Shown: piece after piece, positions 12,170 to 22,802 of the stretch | How positions within the stretch are numbered: the first letter of the stretch is position 1 | Layout of the letters: the number at the start of each line of letters is the position of its first letter | Assembly: GCF_000143415.4 (NCBI RefSeq) | Contig: NW_003314272.1 | Location: forward strand, 1,088,184-1,152,183 | Direction of reading: 5' to 3' | Length of the DNA: 64,000 nt | Origin: Selaginella moellendorffii | Lineage: Eukaryota > Plantae > Lycopodiophyta | Notes under the pieces: model-generated | What the model saw: only the letters and a program-made list of their open reading frames with translations | What the model was told of the DNA's origin: nothing | Database searches by the model: none | Position numbers and translations under genes: made by a program

Positions 12170-12312
12170 TGTTTGATCTCCGGGCACTTAAAGCGCTCCG
12201 TATTTCTCCCCTGGAATACTTCTAGTCCAGGTACATTGTAAGCAAGGATATGCTTTGATTCTTCGTTTTGGATGGGCTTCACGAGGGCGTGAAAGAAAGC
12301 TAGGTCGCGAAA

Positions 12313-13519
12313 ATGGGTCGTTTGGCTCCCAGCGCCTTCAAGGCTCTGCCACCGCCTCGCGTCTTCGATGGCGTCCAGTTCCCTCGCATTCTGGCTCCAT
12401 CGGCGGCGAGCTGCGATGTCGGCAGCTTCAGGGGGTGGATCCGGCAGCACAAGGATTGGATCGAGGAGCAGCTGTTTGTGAGTGGCGCTGTTCTTTTCAG
12501 GGGATTTGGCGTGGACAGCGCCGCGGATTTCGATGCGGTGGTGAGGGAATTTGGGTACGAGGAGCTGCCCTACGTTGGTGGAGCGGCCCCGAGAACAAAC
12601 GTGGTAGGGAGAGTCTTCACTTCCAATGAGTCCCCTCCGGATCAAAAAATTCCCTTCCACCATGAGATGGCACAGGTTGGTTTTCCTTCTTTCTTTGGTG
12701 TTTTCAATGTTTCCTTCTGGATTTTTCTATTGCTTGCTTTGATTCTTTTCTTTACTCGCGTGTCTGTTCTCAAGAATTTTAGAGTTTGTAAAGTTTGCAG
12801 TGACTAGATGTTGATACTCACAAACCAGCGAATTTTTCAGGTTCCAGAGTATCCGTCAAAGCTCTTCTTTTATTGTGAGGTGGAGGCCAAAGAAGGTGGT
12901 GAGACTCCGATAGTGCTCAGCCATTTAATCTACGATAAGATGGCTTCCAAGTTCCCCGAGTTTGTGAAAGATCTGGAGGACAAAGGCCTTCTCTACATCC
13001 GAGTTCTCGGCGAAGGTGATGATCCATCTTCTCCCATTGGACGGGGCTGGCAATCGACTTTTTTGACGAAAGACAAAAGCGAAGCGCAAGCCAAGTACGT
13101 AGCTCCACCGTTTTTTTCTTTGCAAAAGTTTTTTCATGTTGCATCCATCTCTCAGGGCTGCGAAGCTGGGAATGCAAGTCGAATGGCTCGACGATGGCTG
13201 CCTCAAGACGATATCAGGACCAATCCCAGCAATCAAAAACGAGAAAAGCCACGGCAGGAAGATCTGGTTCAACAGCATGGTGGCGGCCTACACGGGCTGG
13301 GAGGACGCGCGAAACGTTGCGGAGCGCGCAGTGGTGTTTGGCGATGGCAGTCCTTTGCCGAGAGCAGCAGTCTTGGAGTGCCTGGATATTATACACGAGC
13401 TGAGCGTGGCAATCCCGTGGTGCCGCGGCGATGTTCTCCTCATCGACAACTTGGCCGTGCTTCATGCGAGAAGACCCTTCACTCCTCCGCGGCGTGTTCT
13501 GGCATCGCTTTGCAAGTGA
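12313..13519 (+). CDS. Clavaminate synthase-like Fe(II)/2-oxoglutarate dioxygenase (TauD/TfdA family)
   Basis: Exons 12313-12675, 12841-13094 and 13156-13519; GAVLFRGF, IPFHHEMAQ (H-x-E), GGETP, DNLAVLHARRPF...RRVLASL. Confidence 0.92.
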
Positions 13520-13866
13520 TCACTACAAAACTCGATCATGGTAAAAGTTCTTCCAACATCTCTTTTGTTCTTGTGGCAAGAATCAAGACGGACCGAAGAA
13601 ACTCGAAAGATTCACGGAAACCCTGTAAAGGTTCGATTTTTAGTACATGCAAAGTGCGTTTTTTCTTTTTTAACCCGGCATCGCAAGCATTCCAAGTGGA
13701 AATGAATGACGTATTTTTTCTATAAATAGCAGGCGGGGATACGTTGTTGCTATAACAAGTATGGCGGCTGAGCTGAGCTGAGTGAACAAGCAACCAAAAT
13801 GCCACTCACCACTTGTTAAAGATTGCGAGGGTTTTGCAAATTTGGGGGAAGAGCAAAGAAGAGACC

Positions 13867-15826
13867 ATGGGGCGGTCGTTTAGATTTGTGATTCTCGGGG
13901 GCGGCGTCTCGGCGGGCTACGCGGCGCTCGAGTTCGTCAGGCTGGGCATACCGGCGGGAGATTTGTGCATCATCACCGACGAGGCTGTGAGTGCTTTCCC
14001 TTTTGTTCTTTCTTTCTTCTTCTTCTCTAAGCAGGGGAGTGTGTGATTGATTGATTGATTGACGAGGATTTCCCATTCGTGCCAGGGATTTTAAGCGCGC
14101 GCTTGTTTGTTTGATTGCTTGCTTGTGCAGGTTGCCCCGTATGAAAGACCGGCACTCAGCAAGGGCTTCTTGCTTCCTGAAGGTACACTGCCTTGATCTT
14201 TTGATCGCAGCAGCTTGCCATCCAATCTTTCGGCGTGCGTTCTTTCTCTTCTTCTTCTTTCTTCTTCTCTTCTATCTTCTTGCTTGTGGTGTTCTTCGTT
14301 TTCGGCATTTTTTTCTGAAGACAAAAAAAAAAACTGTTTTTTATATTGAAAGTATTTCAATTTCCAGGCGCTGTTCGATTGCCTGCATTCCATACCTGCG
14401 TGGGTGTTGGAGCTGAGCGATTAACTGCAAGATGGTACAAAGAGCACGGTATGAGTTTCTCTTGGTAGGAAGGATAAAAAAATTTGTGATTATCCAGGAA
14501 TCGAGCTACTGCTCAACACTCAAGTCGTGTCAGTCGACTTGAAACGACAAACGCTGCTCACCAGTGCCAAGGAAACAATCGCTTATCTCACGCTCATCGT
14601 CGCCACTGGTGCTCGCGTGCTGAGACTGGAGGAGTTCGGGGTCACGGGCGCCGACGCTCGAAACATCTTCTACCTCAGGAACCTCCACGATGCAACCAAG
14701 CTTGTCGAGGCAATGCAGAGCTGCAGCGGCGGCAAGGCTGTGGTGATCGGCGGTGGCTACATTGGCATGGAATGCGCAGCGGCTTTGGTATCTAATGGAG
14801 TCCACGTAACGATGGTCTTCCCGGAATCCCATTGCAGTACGTATCCTTTCTCTTTCGTTACGCAAAAACCTTCTTTTTTCCTTCTTTCGCAGTTGCTCGA
14901 TTATTCACGCCTCAAATCGCCACCTTCTACGAGGACTACTACACAAGGAGAGGCGTGGTTTTTGTCAAAGGCACTGTTATGTCGACGTTCGAGAGCGACA
15001 TAGATGGAAAGGTAAAACGAAACTCGTCTCGATCGCCCTCTCTAACATCGCTTTCCTGCTGCGCATCCAGGTAGCAGCCGTTGTCCTGAAAGATGGAACC
15101 CGGCTTCCGGCCGATCTAGTCGTGGTTGGCGTGGGGATCCGTCCAAACACCACCTTGCTCGAAGGTCAGCTCACAATGGAGAAAGGCGGCATCAAAGTGA
15201 ATGGCAAGATGCGAACCAGCAACAGCACAGTCTACGCCGTCGGCGACGTCGCGGCATTCCCGCTCAAGATGTATGGCGATGTCCGGCGGCTGGAGCACGT
15301 CGACCACGCCCGAAAGTCGGCAGCGCACGCAGTGGAATCCATAATGCATCCGGAGCGAGCCAAGGACTACGACTACCTCCCATACTTCTACTCCCGCGTC
15401 TTCAGCCTCTCGTGGCAGTTCTTCGGCGACAATTCGGGCGAGTGCCTGCTGTTTGGCGATCTCAAGTCGGAGAAGTTTGGAGCCTACTGGGTGGACAGGG
15501 GCCGATTGGTGGGAGCGTTCCTCGAGGGCGGCTCCAAGAGCGAGTATGCTGCGCTCGCGGTGGTGGCGAGGAAGAGGCCGATGGTGGAGGACGTGCAGCT
15601 CCTGGCGGGGCAGGGGATAAAGTTTGCGCTGGCGCTGTGCGAGGCCACTTCTTCCGACTCGCTCGTCTCGACCATGGCTGCCACTGACGACGAGAGAGGA
15701 GCCATGGCGGCTGTTGCCTCGGACTTGTTGCAGCACAGCGGATTCAAGGTCGGGGCGGGGATCGTGGTCGCTGTTGCGGTGTCTTGGGTAGCTTATTGGT
15801 ATGGCAGGAAGAAGTGGAGGAAGTGA
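13867..15826 (+). CDS. MDAR: Monodehydroascorbate reductase, tail-anchored peroxisomal type (MDAR4-like)
   Basis: ILGGGVSAGYAA, APYERPALSKG, LIVATG, VVIGGGYIGME, YAVGDVA, RRLEHVDHARKSA and YDYLPYFYSRVF; C-terminal TM followed by the basic tail YWYGRKKWRK; multiple short introns. Confidence 0.95.
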
Positions 15827-15928
15827 AGGGATTATCAGCACAGATCGGTAGATAACAGGCCAGAGAATTGAAAAACAATGTTTCATGATCGTTGTATGAA
15901 TGGTGTTTGGATTAAGCGAAAAAGTTTA

Positions 15929-18900
15929 TTACAAAACCTTCTTACCAGTCTTTGTAGACAAGTTGAGGGTGCAAAACTGCATGACGTTGGTGCTGTATAA
16001 GATATGCCAGCCACCATTTTGTTCTAAGAGATGAGCATTTGCATCGCCCTTCTTAAAGTGCCTGCGTCCACCAAGTTTGCACCCCGAATGTAGATGGGAT
16101 CTGTATGCCAGCCGGAAAAACGGACACTGATCTCGTTTGTGCCATCGTTTTGGCCACTCCTGAGCCTGGAAACACTCATCCCGTTCCATCTTGAGTTGGA
16201 ACCATATCTCGGACACACAAATCGGGCCTTCGGCCAAGTGCTTCGGACGTCTCAACTGTTGGGACCACCCGTGCCTAGAAAGGGCACCCAGATCGAGCCA
16301 AGGGTGTGCCATGGAATTCCTCACGGTGGCACACGAATTAAAGAACTGTCGGAATTCTGCGCTTGAGACTTTAACATGTCTGTATCGAGGAAAGTTGACA
16401 GACTCTTCTTCTTGTTCATTCACCACTTTCTCCACTACCAACTGTTTGTTATCCCACTGTAGAAACATAAATTCGGTATGTGCCAAGTCGAGGGCAGCAA
16501 GTTTGCGCAGCTCAAACCAGCACGGGAGCCAGTCTGCAACAGTGTACCGCCAGTGCTGCCATTTCAACTCTGCCATGAACTGTGGGTCGTGAGAAAACAA
16601 ACCAGCTGCGGTGCCTGCACGATCGTAAAAAATCTTCATCTTGGCCTCCTTCACTCTCAGCTGCCACCCCAAGAACCTACATATCCCATAATCCATAAAA
16701 CCTGGAAGATTGTTCCGGAAGAGGCATATATGCAGCTGGTCACGACCATCCGAGTGTCTGTTGAAAACAATGGTGTAGGTGTACCCCCTCTTGATACTCG
16801 GACTTCAAAATAAGAATTTCCAGTATACCTCCCATGCAGGTGTTCAGAATCAGACCATCCTTGATCGTGTGCCACCAGTTGGATCACAATTGCTTGAACT
16901 GGCTTGAAACCTGAAACCGTCTCTTCCAGTAGTATCACGTCCTTCATTGGCACAAGAGGCTCTATTGCTTGAGAGTTATCTAAGTGAACAGGAACTGCCA
17001 GCTGATTCTTGCATCCAGGAGTCAATCTGGACGAGTAGTAGCTTATGGTTTGCAGCTGGGATAGAACCTTCATAAGGATAATCAAGGTGAGTCAATACGC
17101 CATGAAAAGAAACGACATACCTCCAAATCATTGGGGGAGATGTGAACTTTGCTACCACTGAGGTATAGACGTTGTAATGACTTGCACTCGCTAAGCCCTG
17201 GAACGTTGGAATTGGAAAGTTTGCAGCAGCCAGATAAGTTGAGTGAAGTCAAGCTTGATAGTCTGTCGACACCATGTATTTCCTTGAGATTGATGCAATT
17301 GCATAGAATCAGTTTCTCCAGGTGGTGTAGCTCTCCCAGGTCTCGCAAAACTTCAAGTTGAAAGCACTCCCCCACGTCCAGAACTCGGAGTTGCCCGGGT
17401 ATGCTTTTCAGTGCTCCTGGCAGCCCACTTACCTTGGTTAATAGGAAGCAGTGATCAAGCCGAAGTTGTTCTGTTTTGTCAAGATAGGAAACAGAGAGAG
17501 GCACGGCTTGGATCCGGCTATAAGCACTGTTAAGCCTCGTCAATGAACCGAGGCCTCCAAAAGCATCCGGCAGTTGAACAAGAGCACATCCTTCGAGATC
17601 CAGCTTCAACAGATTTTTCAGGTTCTCAAAGCCTTGAGGGAGCATGCTGAATTCCTTACAGTTCTTGAGGATCAGCTCCTCCAAGCTCACCAGCTTGCCA
17701 AAATCAGGTGAGAGCTCTGTAAACTGCGAGCACTCCGCCATGTCGAGGTTAACAAGGCTCCTCAGCTCACCAAAACCTTGATTTAACTTCACGATACCAC
17801 ATCGAAACATGTGGAGAGACTTCAAGTGAGACAGCCCAGCAAACGACGTCGGCAATGAGCTAAGGCTCATGCAGAAGGAGATATCCAGATTCTCGAGCTT
17901 TTTTATGTTGCCAAATGCCCCAGGGAGACTAGAAACTGACGTGCCAGCCAGATCAAAGGTTTCCAGCCTTTCAAGGTTGCCAATAGAGTCAGGGAGCTCC
18001 TGAATTCTGGAACACCACCTTAAAGATAGCCTTCGGATCCCGCAGTGGCTGGGAAAGTCTGGTAGCAGAGTCAAGCTTTTGCATCCGGTAAGGTCGAGCA
18101 TCTCAAGCTTTTCAGTCAAGTTGGCAAGTCGTGTTAGAGCGGAACAAAATCTCAACGAGATACTTCTGATATCTTTGCATAGCTCCACTTGTTTGATGGT
18201 TGTCAAGCTTTTGCATTTATCCAACATCAACTCCACCAATTTGTCCATTACCACCTGAAATGAATGGTGAACTTATGAGTGGTGATTTAACCTTTTGCGA
18301 CTTGTTACCTTGTGCTCGTGATGGTCATCCCAAAGCCTGGTGATGTTGCTTCCAGAAAGGTCCAAGAAGCTGATATTGTCTTCGAGGCAGGAGATGAATG
18401 ACGAAGGCAGTACATCCAAAGTCATGCGTGTGTCTCGTCTTGAGACTTTGCTGCCAAATAAGCTCATTGTTCTGATCTTTGGAGTCACCTGGAAAAGAAC
18501 CCGGAGCTACATTAACTGCTGAGTCACGTCTCATAACTTACCATGCTTCTGGTCAAGAGTTTATCAGCGTCTTTGTAGTTCCTCCTCTCTCCAATGCTTT
18601 GGGATTCCCTGTTCACTTCCTCGCGGGCCACGTCACGTATGAGATCGTGAGACGGCATCAACTTCAAGCTTTCCAGCCGCAGTAAGTGCTTGTCAACAAG
18701 ACTTTGATATCATGGTTCATCATGCTCTCCTCGACGTCTTCCATGGCTTCCCAGATCCAGCAAACGCTTGCCCTGCTCACCTCTCCAAAGAAGCAGCAAA
18801 TGTCGAGAAAGATTTCCCTCTCTCTTTGATGCAGCGGCTCCAGGCTGATGCGCAACTTGTCCACAACTTCTGGATAGGAGCTTAACTTGCTCTTGGCGCC

Positions 18901-19524
18901 TCTCCAGTCGCGCTCATCGCTTTTCCCTTGGAGCATCAAACCAGCCATTTCGAGCACCAGGGGTACGCCCTTGCATTCGCCCACAATCTCTTCCACCAGG
19001 CTTCGATCCAGTCCGGCGTCCAGTTTGGCATGCTGCTCGAAAAGCATCCTTGCATCCTCGTGCTTGAGTTGACCCACTTCATGGATGAAGGTGAGGCGCC
19101 CGAGGGTGTCTCTGTCTCGGCTGGTCACAATCACGCGGCTGGAACGTCCCAGAGGAGGGATTCAGGAGCTGGGCGTGGCTTTCCACATCGTCAAGCACCT
19201 GCAAGACGTTGACGCTGGACAGGCGCTTTTGCTGGAACAAATAATGTCGAGCTTTGGACTCGCTGAGTTCCACCTTTGAGATGTCTTTGACAATCCTGAC
19301 AAAGAGGGCATTGGTGCCACGGCCCTTAACCTCCTCCCGGACATTCCTCACGAAACAAGATCCTGTTGAAAACCTCCTCGGCAAGTCTCGTCTTCCCAAT
19401 TGCGCCTTGCCCAGTGATACCAACGCTTGTCACCATCTCCGCACTCTTTCCTATTCGGGATAGGAAATCACGAATGTACTCTGGAATGCCAGCCGCTGCT
19501 GGCGCTACGCCCGGGGCCTACTCT
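15929..19524 (-). pseudogene. NB-ARC-LRR (NLR) with extra C-terminal domains, frameshifted
   Basis: P-loop GQGAIGKT (19389-19412), CFVRNVRE, kinase-2 VLQVLDDV, SRVIVTSRD, CKGVPL, EIFLDICCFF and MHD-like SHDLIRD, spread over several frames. LRR ORF 17082-18254, then about 400 aa of non-LRR sequence. Confidence 0.88.
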
Positions 19525-21733
19525 TGTTGACTAATAAGAACTGAACACGAATATTCCCTCAATACTCCCACTCAAGTTGAGCTCGCGATACTTCTTTTCT
19601 TCACGCCCAGAGCTTGTACGTGTCGCGCGAACACTGCTGGTGGAAGTGCCTTCGTGAATATATCTGCCACCATCTCCGTGGTAGCACAGTAGACGAGTTC
19701 CACTTTCTTCACCGCTACCTGTTCACGAATAAAATGAAACTGAACCTGGATGTGTTTTATCCTGCGATGAAATCTTGGATTCTTCGTCAAGGCAATAGCT
19801 CCTTGATTGTCGCAATGCAGAACCGTTGCCTCCCGTTGCTCGTAGCTTAGACCGTTCAGCAGAGTCCTGAGCCAAAGAATTTCCTTCGCTGCTTGGGTCA
19901 TCCCGATATACTCAGCCTCTGTGCTCGAGAGAGCCACGATTGGCTGCCGCTGGCTGCTCCATGTAACTGCTGCGCTGCCCACGTAGCCAGAAGTTGATTT
20001 ACGCTGATCAACTTCCCCTGCCCAGTCTGCATCCGAGAATCCCTGCAGCTTGAGTTGAGGCTGCTCTTGTTTTGTGTAGCACAAAACATAATCGGCAGTC
20101 CCCTTCAGGTAACGAAACACACGCTTAACTGCCTGCCAGTGCTGGAAGCCAGGATTTGCCAGGAACTGTGAAACCACTCCCACTGAATAGGCGATGTCTG
20201 GCCTGGTACAAACCATGAGGTAGACTAAACTGTCTACCATCTGCCTGTACGGGATCCTCTCCATCACTGCTTTCGCTGCTTCTGTCTGAGGTGCCATGTC
20301 CTTACTAAGGTGCATGCCAACTTCCATTAGCGTTGATGCAGAGTTGACGTCACTAGGCTTGAATTTCTGGAGGAGCTCTTCAATATATTTCTTCTGAGAC
20401 ATTTCTAGTGTGCCCTTCCTCCTGTCTCTGAAGATCTGGATGCCAAGACAATACTTGACGCTCCCAAGGTCCACCATCTTGAATCTCGAGCTGAGATCTT
20501 TCTTCAGTTGATGAATCAGCTTCTTGCTTTTGCTGAGGAGCAAGCAGTCGTCCACGTACAAAGCCAACAGCACCAGGAGAGCTCCCACTTGCTTAATATA
20601 CACATTAGTGTCTGCAGAGAGACTCCCGAAGCCAAGGGCAAGAAGAAACGAGTTCATCTTTGCGTACCAGGCACGAGGCGATTGCTTCAGGCCGTAGAGG
20701 GCCTTCTTGAGCTTGCACACCAACTGCTCTCGTCCTTTGGCAATAAATCCGGCTGGTTGCTCAATGTAGACTTCCTCCTCCAAGTCGCCATTCAGGAACG
20801 CCGTCGTTACATCCATGTGCTCGACGTGCATGTCTTCGTGAGCTGCTAAGTTGTAGAGAAGTCGAATTGATGCAAGCTTCACCACTGGTGAAAAGGTCTC
20901 ATAGAAGTCAACTCCTTCAACTTGTGAGAATCCTCTCGCAACAAATCTGACTTTGTAGCACGTGTCTCCATCAGGTCCTGTCTTGAGCCGCAAGAGAAAC
21001 TTGGTCTTGATCACCTTCCTCCCAGGTGGCAGCTCCACAAGATCCCAGGTCTTGTTCTCCATCAATGAGCTGTACTCAGCTTGACGAGCAGTGCGCCACT
21101 GATCCGCATCAGATCCGGCAAGAGAAGTGCATCTCGGCCATGGCTGAAGAGAAGTAGAAGCTGGTTCTCGCCTTGCTCCCCATGCTAGAGTTGGCAAAAT
21201 AAAAGACTGGATCGTAAGAGGTCTCAGGAATTGGAACTGTCACTGATCGGTCTCTAGCAGCCTTGGTTTCTTGTCGAGAAGCCCGCTTAGCTGCTTGCAT
21301 ATCCAGCTGCTCCCTGTATTGACGCCCAGCCTCTGTGCGCGCTCACGGCCAGAACGTCTCAAACTGCCCTCACTATTTTTAGCCCTGGTCCTGCCAACAG
21401 TGCGCTCACCACCGTGGTCTTCCTCTCCGCCGACTGGGTTTGCTGTTCTAGCGCTCCCATGGTCGTCCACGTCCTCCTGGTTGTCTTCCTTGCTACTTTC
21501 TGCTGTCCTGGCAAAGTTGGCCGACTTGTTCTTTCTTGCTGCCACTCTCTTTGCCTCAGCTTTTCGCGCCTCCTTGGCTTTCTTGGCCTCTTCGTCTGTG
21601 CAATCTCGTGCCCAGTGCCCTGGTTTCTTGCAAATGTTACAGCGATCATTCTTATTTTTCTTCTTGAACTTTTCTGGTTTGCTGCTCTCACCCTGATCGT
21701 TTGTTGGTCCTAGTCTGTCCCACACTGTGACAG
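19525..21733 (-). mobile_element. Internally deleted Ty1/copia retrotransposon
   Basis: Gag zinc knuckle CNICKKPGHWARDC (ORF 21240-21725); RT-RNaseH ORF 19572-21197 (YKVRFVARG, LYGLKQSPRAW, YVDD, SDADWAG, KHIQVQFHFIRE); PPT-like GAGTGGGAG followed by a 40-bp LTR remnant TATTGA...TCAACA (19525-19564). Protease, integrase and the 5' LTR are missing; the 5' boundary is approximate. Confidence 0.9.
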
Positions 21734-21781
21734 ATCATTTCCCCTTTCCTGCAAAGAGTGCCAATTCTTTCTCATTCGAGC

Positions 21782-22550
21782 TCACTTGCCCTGACTTGAG
21801 AAAACCCTCCAACGCTGTGAGGTCGATTTGAGAGGAGCGAGGAGCATTCTGGGGACGATGTCGTGCCTGCAAACAACGTGTACGAAGTGATCGTCCCAGC
21901 CTTGACTCTGTGCAAGCTTGCTCAGCTTCACCTCGCCCACAAATGGCATCCCAAAGGTGACGCACACAAATCGCAGCTTGTGGAGCTTGATCGCGGTGGC
22001 GGTGCGACTGAGATAAAGAAGCCACAGCGTGGCCAGGGCTGCAATGGCGCCTCCGAGTGAGTGGCCTGTGAAGATAATTATGTTTTGACTGTCTTCCAAC
22101 TTCTCAATCTGCAAATGCGGACCTCGATCCGGAAGGGGATAAGGAAATAAGTAACAACTTACGGTGTTCGTGAGTTTGCCATCTCTCCAGATTTCAGCAA
22201 ATCTTCTTGTGAAGCCTCTGTGAGCCAGGGATTCAAAGAACAAGTCACTGGAACTGTTGCAGCCCCAATGCGCTGGTGCCTGCAGGCCTTCCCAGAGTGG
22301 TGAAAGCCCATAGTCGGAATCCACCACCACATCTTCTAGAACTGCCGTGCCTGGGAATGAGATCCATACCGTTTCTTCCTCAGCGTCATGGTAAAACCGT
22401 TCGCCCTTGTCAGCAATCCTGTAAGCCCTGGCCGAGCAGTCGAGCGACTTGAGGACAAGCTCCCCGTTCACCAGGAGCTCCGCATTCTTTGTCTGCTCAG
22501 GATTAGCATCTAGGCTTACATCCAAGAAGAGCACAAGTACTCACCTCCAT
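21782..22550 (-). pseudogene. EDS1/PAD4-like lipase (alpha/beta-hydrolase) domain, truncated at the copia insertion
   Basis: ATG at 22550 with introns 22493-22544 and 22109-22162 gives METKNAELLVNGELVLKSLDCSARAY...HRGFTRRF...IIFTGHSLGGAIAALATLWLL...CVTFGMPFVG...FVHVVCRHDIVPRMLLAP. Confidence 0.85.
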
Positions 22551-22802
22551 CGAAAAAATCCAGACTCTCAGCACAGATTGGCGTTAGGGATTGGCTCGAA
22601 GTCTTTCTTGACTTAGTCTTTAAACACAATTCACTTGGACATATGATCAATCTTTGCCGAGATTCGCCACTTTTGATTTTGCTGCGAAATCTTCGATAGC
22701 GTGAGTCCTTCCACACTTTTTCCGCCACTAACAAAAGTGCGAGACACCAGGTTTCAGGCTTCGAGAAAGGTGGCAGACTTTGAAATGAGTGGCAGACTTT
22801 GA

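Noticed and set aside
8081-16813. Many antisense and alternate-frame ORFs over the PPR, DUF26, dioxygenase and MDAR genes
   Set aside because: Expected shadows of GC-rich coding sequence; no recognisable motifs.
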